A stretch of 64,000 nt of DNA from Octopus vulgaris (lineage: Eukaryota): assembly GCA_951406725.2 (NCBI GenBank), contig OX597826.1, positions 32,984,001 to 33,048,000 of the forward strand. Direction: 5' to 3'. Position numbers and translations under genes: made by a program. This document shows, piece after piece, positions 12,883-26,559 of this stretch (position 1 is the stretch's first letter; each line of letters starts with the position of its first letter). The notes beneath the pieces were generated by a model. It saw only the letters and a program-made list of their open reading frames with translations, ran no database searches and was not told the DNA's origin.

Positions 12883-13217
12883 GAAGGTGTATGGCTCAGT
12901 GGTTAGAGCATTGGACTCACAATCTTAAGGTAGTGAGTTCAATTCCTAGTCTGTCTTGAGAGTTGTGTTCTTGAGCAAGACACTCTATTTCATATTGTTC
13001 CATTTCACTCAGCTGTAGAAATGAGTTGTGATGTCACTGATGCCAAGCTGTATTGGCCTTTGCCTTTGTCTTGGATAACATCAGTGACGGGAAGAGGGAG
13101 GGTGATATGCATGAGTGACTGTCAGTCTTCCATAAACAACTTTGCATGAACTTGAACCTCGGAGGGGAACTTTCTAGATGCAATCCATGGTCATTCGTGA
13201 TTGAAGGAGGTCTTTAT
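12883..13217 (+). mobile_element. tRNA-derived CORE-type SINE
   Basis: tggctcagtggttagagc..gagttcaattcc..gtgttcttgagcaagacact; homologous to 9628-9963. Confidence 0.85.
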
Positions 13218-13865
13218 ATGTTTGTGCTATGGTCTACATCTTTTAAGTTTTTGGTTTGCTCTTCCTTGGGTTGGTGTTATCACCTCAAGTCACAGAAATT
13301 GAATGGTTTCTTTTTTTTTTTTGCCTTAATATGATTCTTAATATGACAGAATCATTAACATGTTATACAGAATGCTTCACAACGTTGCATTCTTCTTTAT
13401 TATGTTCTGAGTTCAAATTCATCTTTTATCTTTTCAGCATTGGTAAAACTAATAACCAATCAGGTACTGGGGTTGATGTAATCAACCTACACCCCCTCAG
13501 AATTACTGGCCTTGTGCCAAAATCTGAAACCAGTATGTTTATTTCACTTGTGTTATAATTTCTAGCAACATGGTGTCCTTTTCCCGAGTAAGTTCTTTGT
13601 TATATAGATACTGTTTTGTAACTATAACTTATTACTAATCGTTTTCTTTGATGTTTTTCTTGAAGTAATAAACAAGTATTAGAGTAATCAACATATTCTG
13701 CTAATATTTTTGTTCCTGTTGATTACTTTTGATTGCCAAGCAGTGTTTGTGGAATCATGGTTTGTGGAGAGATTACTTACGTTGATAATGGTTGTTTTTC
13801 TTCATAGTTAATCTTATTAAGCTTCGATAACATTTATTACTGGTGTCTAGTTTGGGGAGGTTCTG

Positions 13866-14275
13866 TGGCAAGGAAGGTTATTGTGTAAGGCCGGTACAAT
13901 GTGAGAAGATATAAAGTAAACTACAAAACAAAAAGAAAACAAAACAAAGTTGCAGTTTTATTTTGTATTTTTATATTTCGGGGTGAAGAGCCCGTCTTCA
14001 GGACATTTTTCAAATGTCCTCTTATATATATACCAACCCATGCTAGCATGGAAAGTGGACGCTAAGCGAAGATGATGATGATGATATATATATATATATA
14101 TATACATGTGTGTGCTTTTGTGTTCGTGTATGGCAAGAAAGGTTGTTGTGTAAGGCTGGAACAATGTGAGAAGGTATGAAGTAAACTACAAAATGAAAAG
14201 AAAACAAAAACAAAAATTGTATTTCTGTATTTCGGAGTGAAGAGCCCTTCTTCAGGGCATGTTCCAAATGTCCTC
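13866..14275 (-). mobile_element. Tandem ~150 bp direct repeat (13866-14021, 14131-14275) with hammerhead-like cores; Penelope pseudo-LTR-like
   Basis: Two similar units; each reads CUGAAGA-(N)GGG-CUCUUCA-C(C/U)CC-GAAA on the minus strand. Confidence 0.5.
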
Positions 14276-14334
14276 GTTAATATAATTGTGTGTGTGCCTC
14301 TGTGTGTATGTATATGTATTCTCTTTTTTTAATA

Positions 14335-14740
14335 CTTTTACTTGTTTCAGTCATTTGACTGTAGCCATACTGAAGCACCTCATTAAAGGGTTTTAGTTGA
14401 AGACATCAACGCCAGGACTTATTATTTGAAAGCCCAGTACTTATTCTATCGGTCCCTTTTGCCAAACTGCTAAGTTATGGGGACATAAACACACCAACAT
14501 CGGCTGTCATACGATGGTGGAAGGACAACCACAGGCACAAAGACACACACACATAAATATGTATATATATATATATATATATATGTATAATGTGGCTCAT
14601 TTAGTTTCCATCTACCAAATCCAATTACTAGGCTTTGATCAGCCTGAGGCTATAGTAGAAGACACCTGCCCAAGTTGTCACACAGTCGGACTGAACCCAG
14701 AACTATGTGGTTGGTAAGCAAGATTCTTACCACACAGCCA
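14335..14740 (-). mobile_element. OK/Octopus-SINE-like element
   Basis: Same family as 11160-11556. Confidence 0.8.
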
Positions 14741-15054
14741 TACATCATCATCATCATCATCATCATCATTATCATCACCATCATCATCGTTTAACATCCG
14801 TTTTCCATGCTATATATATACACACACACATATATATATATTATAGCTGGAAGATGACAGAGGTAAAAGCTTTCAGGATTTTCTTCATTTTATATGTATT
14901 CTATCAACTATATTTTCCAAACATTCTCCTCTACGGTTAATTTGGTCACAAAGGTAACATAAGCTATTTATACACACACACACACACACATATATATATA
15001 CTTATTATTACAAGGATATATCTATATCTCTTAAAGGGATGTTATTCAATTAAT

Positions 15055-15489
15055 TACAGGGTTATTCAAAAAGAATGAACCGATTTCATTACGCAATATT
15101 TTAATAAGGAAAAACAATAGAAAACTCCAGCTGAGTCACAAGTATTTACTCACAATCAACTTTTATTTCCTGTCTTACAAGTGTTCGATGTGGTCACCAC
15201 CTGCAGCATGGGCAACATCAATGCGATAAGAGAATTCCTCCCAGACACACATCAGCATATCACGATCTACTGAGTACTTATTTGGCTGTCTGGTTGAATG
15301 CTTTATCGAAGTTTTTCCATTTCCCTTCTCTGTCAATATCTTCTGGAATCACCTCAAGCAAAGCAAATTCATTCTTTAGTTCCATAATGAACTTGTTTTT
15401 GATATACTGATACGCTTATGAGAGGAATTCTCTTATTGCATTGATATTGCTCATGCTGCAGGTTGTGGCCACATTGAATACTTGTAAGA
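15055..15489 (-). mobile_element. Tc1/mariner-superfamily remnant: TIR plus transposase C-terminus, with an inverted second C-terminal copy
   Basis: TA-cagggttattcaaaaagaatg TIR-like end; minus strand ~15272-15174 reads VDRDMLMCVWEEFSYRIDVAHAAGGDHIEHL*; plus-strand homolog at ~15400-15489. Confidence 0.75.
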
Positions 15490-17774
15490 ACCAGTTTGAA
15501 TACTGGGGTCGATCCAAGATTCAGTCCCCCTCACTAAAAATTTCAGGCCTTGAGTCTTTCAGGCACATGCATCCCAATCATTCGTGCATGACATGATGAC
15601 CTCTTATCAAGATAAACTGCGCATGACCTTGCAGGTGGAGTCCAGTTAGAATTTCCTTCAGCTTGAGTAGCCCATCCTGCTCGAAAGGTCCCTGATTAAG
15701 GGTTGTTTAAGGATGTTGAACAAAACACATACGTTTCCAAATGTGAATCATTCAAACCCAAAAGGATTCTTCTCAACACAAGGCTATGATGCTGTCCTAC
15801 TACTACTACTATCAACATCATCATCATCACCACCACCACCACCACCACCACCACCATCATCATCTTCATCATCATCACCACCATCATCACCATCATCATC
15901 ATCACCATCATCCTCATCATCATCACCATGATCATCATCATCATCATCATCATCATCATATTCTGCTGCTGTTGTTGTCGATAGCAGCATTATCTTCTCT
16001 ATTGCTAAGGAAATCAATCAATATTTTTAAAGTTTTTTTTTATATCTGAATTTTTTTTCCTCCTTATTTTTTTTAGAAATTTGTTTTTTAATAAGTATCC
16101 TCCTTGCTCGTGTTGCAGTTGTTGTTGTCGTAGTTATTACAATTAAAGTAGCGAGAATGTTGAAAGCAATTGACAGTTTCAATCCTGATTGAAGATCGTA
16201 AGTTGATTTGCTTAAGTGAGCATCACTAGAATAATTGCTTGATAAACACTAATATATTCTATAGTTCTCTTTCTCCATTTTATTTTAATGCACGCCTTGT
16301 ATACTACACACTCACAGCCATATATACAAACACACATATATATATACATATATACATATATACATATATATATATATACATACATACACGTATATATAAG
16401 TATATATAAAATATATAATTTTATATGTGTATATATATATATGCACACAGACAAACATATATATATATATATATATATATACACAAACACATGTATGTAC
16501 ACGTATACACATGCACACACATATACATATATATGTATAAGAATATATACATATGTGTGTGTATTTGTATATGTAACATATATACATGTACACAAAATGT
16601 ATATATATTTATATAGGTGTGAGTATATACATATAGACGTATATATATGTTTGTAGTTATGCATATAAGTATATATACATATATATATATGTATGTATGC
16701 ATGTATGTATGTATATGTTTATATAAATATATACTACATATATATATTCATATATGTATATATATATTCATCTACACATACGCACACACATGCATATATA
16801 TGCATGTAACACACACACACACCTAATGCTTCTTTAGTACATGAATAAGAAATGGATGTATATATTTCTTAACAGTATAGGGCAGGGGAAGAGGACACTT
16901 TGGAGGGGAAGGGTTCATAAGTTAGCGTGTGTATTTTCATGCACATGTTCAGTTTGTGTGTATATGCATTTGCGTGCGGGTGGGAAGTGAATATTAAAAG
17001 AGAGAGAGAGAGAGAGAGAGAGATGGAGGAGGGAGAGCAGGCAATGTTGATATAGAAATCATCAATGTGAAGGAATCAAATGAAGCGAGGTGCATAGGAA
17101 GAAGTAAATAAATATATATATAAATTATATAACAAAAAAAACGCACAAATAAAAATATGTAATATGCGCTCGGAAAGCACTTGTCTCCTCTGATGTGCTT
17201 TCTTTCATTTATTCATTCTAGCAATTGTTTAGCATCAACTTATATAAAGCTTAACAATTATAGCATTTGTCCCAGAAACCAGATTCTGTATGCTTGCTTT
17301 CTGCTTGCATCCTGGCGATGCTTTTAAAGAAAAATGAATAGATAAACACATTAATATGTGTAATAAAGTGTTCCGTGTATTGCGTTTATTAATGTAACAT
17401 GTTAAAAGCTTGCAGAAAGTAGAGGAGAAATGAAAAGGGAGAAAAAAAAATATGAGCAAGAAAGAAAGAAAAAAACAAAAGAGAAGAGGTAAAGGGGGGG
17501 AAAATATGAAGGTAAAAATTGAGAAAGGAGTGAAAATAAAAGAAGTGGATGAAAAGACAATATCGAAAGGTGAGGGGGGAAAAACAACAAATTAATGTAA
17601 ACAATGACAAAAAAAAAATGTATAATGAAAGAAATATAGCATTATATGCCTTCCTCCAATGAACATAGACACACACTCACATATATAGATATGTGTATGT
17701 ATGGATTATATATGTGTTATGTATTCATAAAAGGAGAGGGGAAAAGGGGGATTCATGTAGATGGATGTATTTTC

Positions 17775-17811
<37 letters not shown>

Positions 17812-17920
17812 GCATGGAACATGGACGTTAAACGATGATGATGATAAACTGGAAGGGAGAGAGAAGAGTATTCGTGTACGTGGGTGTATTTTCACATACA
17901 AATATACGTGTGTGTATGTG

Positions 17921-17992
<72 letters not shown>

Positions 17993-18001
17993 CACATACA
18001 C

Positions 18002-18089
18002 ATATATATGTATATATACATATGTATGTATATATATATATATGCATATATAAGTGTGTGTACATTTATGCATGTTCTGCGTGTATCTG

Positions 18090-18121
<32 letters not shown>

Positions 18122-18216
18122 CATATATACAGATACACGCAGAACATGCATAAATGTACACACACTTATATATGCATATATATATATACATACATATGTA
18201 TATATACATATATATA
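18002..18216. repeat. Near-perfect ~90 bp inverted repeat around a (TA)n spacer
   Basis: taagtgtgtgtacatttatgcatgttctgcgtgtatctgta vs tacagatacacgcagaacatgcataaatgtacacacactta. Confidence 0.9.
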
Positions 18217-18857
18217 TTAATATATATATGTATGTAAATATTTGTGTATGTGTCTCTGTGTTTGTCCCTACGCCATTGCTTGACAACCTATGTTGGCGTG
18301 TTTATGTCCTCCTAATTTAACTGTTCTGCAAAAGAGGCCAACAGAATAAGTACTAGGCTTACAAAAAATAAGTCCTGGGATCGATTTGTTCAGCTAAAAG
18401 CAGTGCTCCAGCATGGCTGCAGTCAAATGACTGAAACATATAAAAGTATAAAAGAATATACATACATCATCATCATCATTATTTAACATTCATTTTCCAT
18501 GCTGGCATGGGTTGGACAGTTTGACAAGAACTGGTAAGGCCTGGGTCCATACCAGGTTCCATTATTTGTTTTTGGCATGGTTTTTACAGCTGGATGTGCT
18601 TCTTAATGGGAACCACTTTACAGAGTGTAACTGGGTGCTTTTTATGTGGCACCATCATCAGTGCTTCTTATGTGGCAAATAAGCACATAACAATATGTGT
18701 TTTATTCCTTTCACTAAGGTGAATAAATAAATAAACAATATGGATCCCTAGCAAGACATGTGTCCTCTATGCCACTGAGGTGAGCAGCCTAGCATTTGAG
18801 ATCTTAGGATTCATCATAGAAAGTCATTGGAATGGCTTGAAACTAAGATCTGACATT

Positions 18858-19161
18858 ATTTACATTTGACGGATATTTGGCCTCATCTTGTTTGTTGTTA
18901 ACATAACGTTTTAGCTGATATTACTCTCCAGCCTTTATGAGATGTCTTAGGGAAATTTCGAACCTGGGTTCTCATTCCTAAGGTATTTTTCGATGTTGTT
19001 GTTGTTATTATTATTATTATTATTATTCAGGTTACTGCCTGGAATTGAACTCGGAATCTTGGGGTTAGTAGCATGCGCTCTTAACCACTACACCATATGC
19101 CCATCAAATGTAAGTAATGTAAATAATGTACATAGTTCCTCATCTCTTAGATATATAACTG
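18858..19161 (-). mobile_element. tRNA-headed hammerhead element, locus 2 (inverted copy 18858-19101 + direct tail 19103-19161)
   Basis: Family sequence with decayed core; flanks taagatctgacatt 18844-18857 / taatatctggcatt 19162-19175 (TSD, 12/14). Confidence 0.85.
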
Positions 19162-19349
19162 TAATATCTGGCATTTTTAATTTCGTGAGAAGAACAACAT
19201 CTATTTAGTTTCCAAAAAATGTTGTTTGATTAATGTAATTTGGTGGAGAAATATATGCGACATACAAACATTCTTGTTTGAAGAAATTGTTTTTGATTCA
19301 GGAGTCAAATGATGCATCATTATACTGCAGAATTTTTATAAATAATTCG

Positions 19350-19992
19350 ACATGGGTTAGCAGTAAAAAGTTTGCTTCCCAACAACATAGTCCTGAGTTC
19401 AGTTCCACTGTGTGGCACCTTGTGTGAGTGTCTTCCGTGATATCCTTGAGTCGCCCAAAATCTTCTGAGTGGATTTGGTAGAAGGAAACTGAAAGAAGCC
19501 TGTCGCATCTTCATCATTATCATCATTGTTTAACGTCCATCTTCCATGGTGGCATGGGTTGGACAGTTTGACTGGGGATTGGCAAGCCAGGAGAGGCTGC
19601 AACAGGCTCCAGTTTGGTCAGGCAGTGTTTCTACTGCTGGATGCCCTTCCTAATGCCAACCACTCTGAGAGTGTAGTGGGTGCTTTTTATGTGCCACTGG
19701 CATGGGACCCAGTTAGGTGGCACTGGCAACGACCCATGCATGAATGGTGCATATTGCTTATATGTGTGTGTGTGTGTGAGTGAGTGTGTGAGTGTGTTTG
19801 TCCTCACTGCTTGACAACCAGTGTTGGTGTGTTTATGTCCCCGTAACTAAACATTTAGCAAGAGAGACCAAATAGAATAAATATCAGGCCTGCCAAAACA
19901 GACATTGATCCATTCAACTGAAATTTCTTCAAGGTGGTGCCCCAGCATGGCTGCAGTCTAATGACTGAAACAAGCAAAAGATAAAAGATAAA
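19350..19992 (+). mobile_element. OK-like SINE interrupted by an antisense RTE 3' tail (~19508-19750)
   Basis: SINE 5' half ends aagcctgtc, then catcattgtttaacgtcc..ggatgcccttcctaatgccaaccactc, then SINE 3' half. Confidence 0.75.
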
Positions 19993-20057
19993 AGGCAACA
20001 TTTGAATAAGGAAACAAAAATGGATTCAAACTTGCAACAATATTTCCAGTAGCAAAT

Positions 20058-20295
20058 GTGGCAAGCTGGCAAACTCGTTAGCATGCTGGCAGACTCATTA
20101 ACATGCTGGTAGACTCGTTAGCATGCTGAGCATTTTGTCTGTCTCTATGTTCTGAGTTCAAATTTCGTTGAGGTCAGCTTTGCCTCTCATCCTTTTGGGG
20201 TCAATAAAATAAATACCAGCTGAATAGTGGGGTCGATGTAATTGGTTTATCCCCTTCCCCTGTGTTGCTGGCCTTGTGCTAAAATTCGAAATCAA
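20058..20295 (+). mobile_element. Meta-like SINE with triplicated 20-bp head segment
   Basis: gctggca(a/g)actcgttagcat x3, then ttctgagttcaaat..tttgcctctcatccttttgggg. Confidence 0.7.
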
Positions 20296-20744
20296 TATTT
20301 CCAATAACAAGGAAAACAAAACAAAAAGAAAAAAAAGAAAAGTAAAGATTTTGACTTCATGAAGTTAAAAGTGCACAGGAAACAACATTCTATTGTACAG
20401 TTCACCAAGATGTTGTTCCATTACATTGAATAAAAGAATGCTTTCTGAGGCATTTTAGAATTTATTTCTCCAATCAAAGAGGAATTAAAATCAAAATAAA
20501 GAGATTAAATTAAAAAACAAACAAACAAGCAAAACTGATGATGTTTCACCATAAACAGTGAGTTGCATGACAAACATGTCATATCAGCGAAAATATTACA
20601 GTCAAAGAAAATTAATTTATTAGTAAAACTCATAAATAATTGTCATCTCATATTTTATACCTCAAGGTAAACTTAATCCGGGTCTCTTTTCTAAAATACT
20701 TGCAATTTCATTTTCCTTTATATCAGCAGGTGTCTGTGCTTGTA

Positions 20745-21200
20745 ATTCTTTTCTGCTCTAGGAACAAGGCCTGAAATTTTGTGGGAGAGGGCCAGTCGAT
20801 TAAATCGACCCCAGTATGGAACTGGTACTTAATTTATCAACCCTGAAAAGATGACAGGCAAAGTTGACCTCGGTGGAATTTGAACTCAGACCGTAAAGAC
20901 AGACAAAATACCGCTGAGCATTTCACCCAGTGTGCTAATGTTTCTGCTAGATCGCCGCCCTTAAAAAATATTTATTTCTTTATTGCCCACAGGGGGGATA
21001 AACATAGAGGAGACAAAGAAGGACAGACAAAGGATTAAGTTGATTACATCGACCTCAGTTCATAACTGGTACTTATTTAATCAATTCCAGAAGGATGAAA
21101 GGCAAAGTCGACCTCAGTGGAATTTGAACTCAGAACGTAACAGCTGTCGAAATACTGATAAGCATTCCGCCTGGCATGCTAACAATTCTGCCAGCTTGCC
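20745..21200 (-). mobile_element. Tandem pair of Meta-like SINEs with alternative tails
   Basis: Same arrangement as 8513-8903. Confidence 0.85.
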
Positions 21201-21579
21201 AATCTCGTTATACTCCACAACTAAGTAATCTATTTTAATTAGCTTTAGAAAAGTCAGTTGAATTTTATTTTATTAAATTTATTTTGTCCCTCTGCCCCCT
21301 TTCCAGGATTTTTCATTAATTTTCATTAGTTATTACTTTATTATTTTACCTGTTTCAGTCATTTGACTGTGGCCATGCTGGAGCACTACCTTTAGTCAAA
21401 CAAATCGACACCAGGACTTATTATTTGTAAGCCTGGTACTTATTCTATCGGTCTCTTTTGCTGAAGTGCTAAGTTATGGGTGACATAAACACACCAGCAT
21501 TAGTTGTCAAGTGACAGTGGGGGGATAAACAGACACACAAATACCTACGTATATGTATATATATATATATACACATACA

Positions 21580-21890
21580 CATGCCTTTCCCTTAGATAAC
21601 ATTGGTGGTGTGGAGAGTGTAGGCTGGTATGCATGGGTAGCTGCCTGGACTTGTGCCTCAGAGGGGAACTTTCTAGGTGCAATCTCATGGTCATTCATGA
21701 CCGAAGGGGGTCTTTACCCTTTACCCTATGTACATATGATAGCATGGAGAGGGGAGTCTGGTATGCATAGTCCACTGCTGGTCTTCCGTAAACAACCTTG
21801 CCTGGGCACATTCTTTGGAAGGGAACTTTCTAAGTGCAATCCCATGGTCATTCATGACTGAAGGCAGGGTCTTTACCCTTGTACCCTTTT
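21580..21890 (+). mobile_element. Two tandem 3' halves of the CORE-type SINE
   Basis: ggagag..ctggtatgcat..ggaactttcta..tgcaatc.catggtcattcatgac..ctttaccctt repeated twice. Confidence 0.7.
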
Positions 21891-23279
21891 ATCAATCAAA
21901 AATAGAATTGATAATTTCTGCTTCTGCAATACTTTTTCAATATCTCCTGCAAGTACCATTTTCATATCCACTGCAAAAAAGATTTGTTTGATTCTTGAAG
22001 AAAATCTGAAGAATTGTCTTTGAGGTCTCTCGGTGAGGTTGTTTGCCCATTTTCTGTCTTAAAACTGGTGCTTTGACTACAGAATTAAATTTCCTAGTCA
22101 TTCCTATAATGATTTTAATTATCCACAAAAAAAACAAGATTGATATTTTATGCTTCTGCCTTACTTTTCCCATATCTCTTGCAGGTTTGGTTTCATGGCC
22201 TCCATCAAAAGTATTTGATTCTTACTCTGTGGAGAGAGGTTTGATGAAAAATGTGAAAAAAATTAAGAAAATCTGAAAAATTGTCTTTTGTAAAAAAGTG
22301 TCACTGGGAAAGTCTTTGCTTCTCACAGCATAAAGAGAGGTTTTTTTTTTCAAAGCCATGGGGTAAGACCATTTTCTGCACTTAAAGGTAATAAAATTTG
22401 AGGTGGATATATCCATTTTCAATGTTCAAATGGTTAAAAGATGTTGATGATGATGACAATGATATTGATGATGATGACAATGATATTGATGATGATGGTG
22501 ATAATGATGATTGTGGTGGTGATGATGATGACGACAGTGGTGGTGATGTTGATGACGATGATGGTGGCGATGGTGGTGGTGATGATGATGATGACAATGA
22601 TGATAATGATGAGGATGATGATGATATACCTTAATAAGGCCAGTCCAGTGACTTGCCAATCAGGAGTTTCCATGGCATTCAGTCATTTCTTCAAAGAACT
22701 CAAAACCGAAGAATTGGCTGCAGGCTGAGAAAATTCCTTGGTGAAAAAAAAAAGAAAAACAAGAGCAAATCGGGAAACAAAAAGCAAAATACAAAAACCC
22801 CAACTCCAAAGAACTTCTCTGATTAACATTGCATAGTTCACCATTTTTTCTTTTTGATGCCAGTTACATCATCCTCTTACTTCTACTGCAGAAAAATTCC
22901 TTACCAAATTTAACACCATTTAATATAAAGGATGATGAGGTAGGGTTGATGGTGGAAGTGATGGTAATGTTGCTGAAGAAGAAGATGATGATGATGAAGA
23001 TGATGATGATGATGATGATGATAGTGATGATTACGAAGCAGCTCCTCCTGCTGTCGTTGATGATGATGTTGATGATAATGATGATACTGATGACTATGAG
23101 GATGGAGAAGATGCAAGATGGAGAATGATGCTGATGATGATTATTGATGATGATGATGATGATGGTGAAGATGCAAGACGATCATGGCACTAATGGTGAC
23201 GATGAGGAGGATGAGGAAGATGCTGCTGCAAATGATGATGATATTGATGATGATGATGACGACGATAACGATGATAAAA

Positions 23280-23314
<35 letters not shown>

Positions 23315-24149
23315 CGATGATGATAAAAGATGATGATGATGATGATGATGATGATGGCGGTAATAATGGCAACAATCTCTGTAGACTTGGTTCTGCAATG
23401 ATTTATTGATTTTAATTCACTTTTCATTTTATTTACATTCCACCACCTCCACCACCACCACCACGTGTACTATCCATAGTTTCCAAATTAACCCTTTCAT
23501 TAGAGTCCCTTCAAAACACACCTTTATTTCAATTCTTTCCTGTCTTTCAATTCCACTCTCTCCTCAAATTACCATTCTATCAACATTCATTGCAAATTTT
23601 TCAATATTTCTTCCCTACATTTCTCTTGTGTTCTTCCTGATAATATCAAATATCCAACTAGCATATTTACAAAAATACATTCTGGCAAATATTTTCTAAT
23701 ATTTTTAACATTTTTATAATCGTTGATGTTTAAAAATTTCTCCTCCTCCTCCTCCTCCTCCTTGTTGCCTTCTTCTTGCTGCCACCATTGTCATAGCTGT
23801 CATCAGTAGTGGCAGCAGAGGCAACAAAAGTGTCGTTGTCATCACCGCCACCACCACCATCTCCACCACCACCACCACCACCACCACCACCACCATCATC
23901 TTTGTTGTCGTTGCCTTCATCATCATCATCATCATCGTCATTGTTGTTGTCATCATCATCATCATCATGACAACCACCACCACCATCACCATCTTTCATT
24001 CATTGATATTTCATGTGACTCTTTCAATCCTATTTCCTTGTCTTCCTCTTGAAGTACTTATTTCATACACTCACACTACTCAAAGTACTCATCTAATGTC
24101 CTCACTTTATCAACTTCCTCTTTCCTCCAATTTTCTACAATCTCTTTGT

Positions 24150-24412
24150 CGTTGTGAAAATGGTACTCCCCTTCCCAGGTGACAAAGTGGTAGGACCGAG
24201 CCACTATAAAGTCAAACAGTCAGTCATTGTAGGAGGTCAGTAGTAGTAGAGTCATCGTATGAGTTCTCAGTCGGAGTCAGTGTCAGTTACATGATATATA
24301 CGAGTTTGAGTTACTGTCAAGGTAGACGTTTCAAGCCATTGTCTCGTGGAGCTATCAGCGATAGCACAATAGACACAGAATACTGCCACAACATAAAAGT
24401 GGCAACAAGATT
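24150..24412 (+). mobile_element. LTR (24150-24393) with adjacent primer-binding-site remnant, gypsy-like
   Basis: (c)gttgtg...cacaaca inverted termini, internal TATAAA at ~24205, followed by taaaag-TGGcaacaagat (PBS-like). Confidence 0.55.
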
Positions 24413-25227
24413 ATTGCAGTGCCAACAATAATATACAAGTGGACAAGGATCTACATTATAACACTCTTTTCTCCTCTTTTCCTTGTATTCTTTTAAATCA
24501 TTTACTTTTCTTAATTATTTTTTTGAATTTCTGTCTTTAACTTTTCTTGTCATATTTTCCAATTTTTTTCTCTGACTTATCATTATAATGATGACAATAT
24601 TTCACTTCATATATTTCGTCTTTCTTCCTTTGTTGTTTAATAAATTCTACTTTAATTTTTCTTTTTCTTTCAGTTGTGTTGTTTTTAAATAATATTGAAG
24701 AATTTCTTCCTCTTTGATGGTTTCTGTTTTAATTCCTGTAATTTTTCGCTGCATCTTTTGACAGTATTTCATCTGAAATTAACATTAAAGCGTTTTTGCC
24801 GGTGCACTAATTCAGTACCTAATTCGGTCCACTGATTAACAACATTTCACCTTTGTTGCACCATCACACCAAACAACAACGTCTGCGGATGTTTTGCAGG
24901 GTTTTATTCGGCAGCGTTTCTGCTTCATCTTAGCAACATCAAAGCCACCAAACTGTTGACAATGAAATCATGAGATACTTTGGCTTTCTCCGGAATAATA
25001 CATGCACACACACACATAAACAAATACATATACACATAAAAACACCTACATAGACATATTTTTCACTCACGCACACACAAATACATATGCCTACATAGAC
25101 ATATTTTTCACACACATACACAAACACGCACACACACACAAACACACACCTACATAGACATACATTCACTCACACACACACACACACACGCACACAGACA
25201 TTGCAAAAGAAATAATCAGCGACTAAT

Positions 25228-25460
25228 ATTTATTTCTTTATTGCCCACAGGGGGCTAAACATAGAGGGGACAAACAAGGACAGACAGAATAAGTGATTAA
25301 GTCGATTATATCAACCCCAGTGAATAATTGGTACTTATTTAATCGATCCCGAAAGGATGAAAAACAAAGTCAACCTTAGCGGAATTTGAACTCAGAACGT
25401 AATGGCAGACGAAATACCGCTAAGCATTTCACCCGGTGTGCTAACGATTCAGTCAGTTCA
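25228..25460 (-). mobile_element. Meta-like SINE with Tx1-like tail
   Basis: tttattgcccacagggggctaaacatagaggggacaaac tail plus shared body/head. Confidence 0.85.
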
Positions 25461-26559
25461 TCACTCTATCAAGGACTAATATTAATTGCAAAACAATTTA
25501 ATAAAAAAATTAAAACAAAATATTCAGGTGGAAATAATTAAAAGATATTTGATTCAGTGTGTTGTTGTTTTCCGTTTCTCAGGTAAAAGCTGGAAATATT
25601 GTGCATGGTGGATGTATGGCCATTCAATACTTATTCTTTTTAATTTTCTTTATTATTCTCACACCCATCTCTATCTCTACCCACCTCACATCCTCCATGC
25701 ATTCTTGCAACCTCTACCCACCCACCCATACACCCACCCCACACATCTAGCCTTTCTGCTCTCTCTCACTTCTATGCGAACCATATCCACCCTCATACTT
25801 TATCTCCACTATTTTTATCTCTTTACAGCACCACCCTTATCACTCTCCTCCTCCTCCTCATCATCATTGTCATCGCTACCAAAACTGCTGCTGCCACCAC
25901 CACCGCCACCACCACCACCACCACCCACCACCACCGTTTATCCATGCTGGCATGTGTTGGCCACTTTGACAGGAGCTGGCAAGGCTGGGACCTGCAGCAG
26001 GCCCCCAGTGTTTGCTTTGACATGGTTGCTATGGCTGGATCTCCTTCTTAACATCAACCATTTTACAGAGTGGATTCCAGCACCAGGGATTCCTTTCACC
26101 ACTTACTGGGTAAGATGGTGAAAATAATAAAGAATAATAAAGAAAATAATGAAGAGACAGTGTTGAACGCCCCCACATCCACCAATGACAGCAAATATAA
26201 ACACAATATTTGCATAGTTTACCTGAGAAACAAAAAACAAGCACCTCACTTCTGCGGTGTAACCTTGAGGGGTAACCATATTCGTAACCATGTAGCTCCC
26301 CTCCCTCTTCTTTGCCTCCGTCTGTCATGCTTTAACACTTCATTCTCTTCCATAAACCCATGTATCACAGGAGTCAAAGCTTTGTAAAATGCATTTAGCA
26401 GAATCCACTCTGTTCCAAGGGTTCTGGTTTGGAAATATTTCCTCCCTTTGGTGGCCATCTCTTAGTTTCTACAACTTGATGCCCTTCTTAATGCCAACCA
26501 CTTTATAGCATGTTCAGGACATCTTTTTTTTTTAATGAAACCAGCACTTAAGTTAGTGC

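Noticed and set aside
24430-24780. Purine-rich minus-strand stretch after a tttcag acceptor, resembling a Lys/Glu-rich exon
   Set aside because: Stops interrupt the frames examined; likely compositional bias
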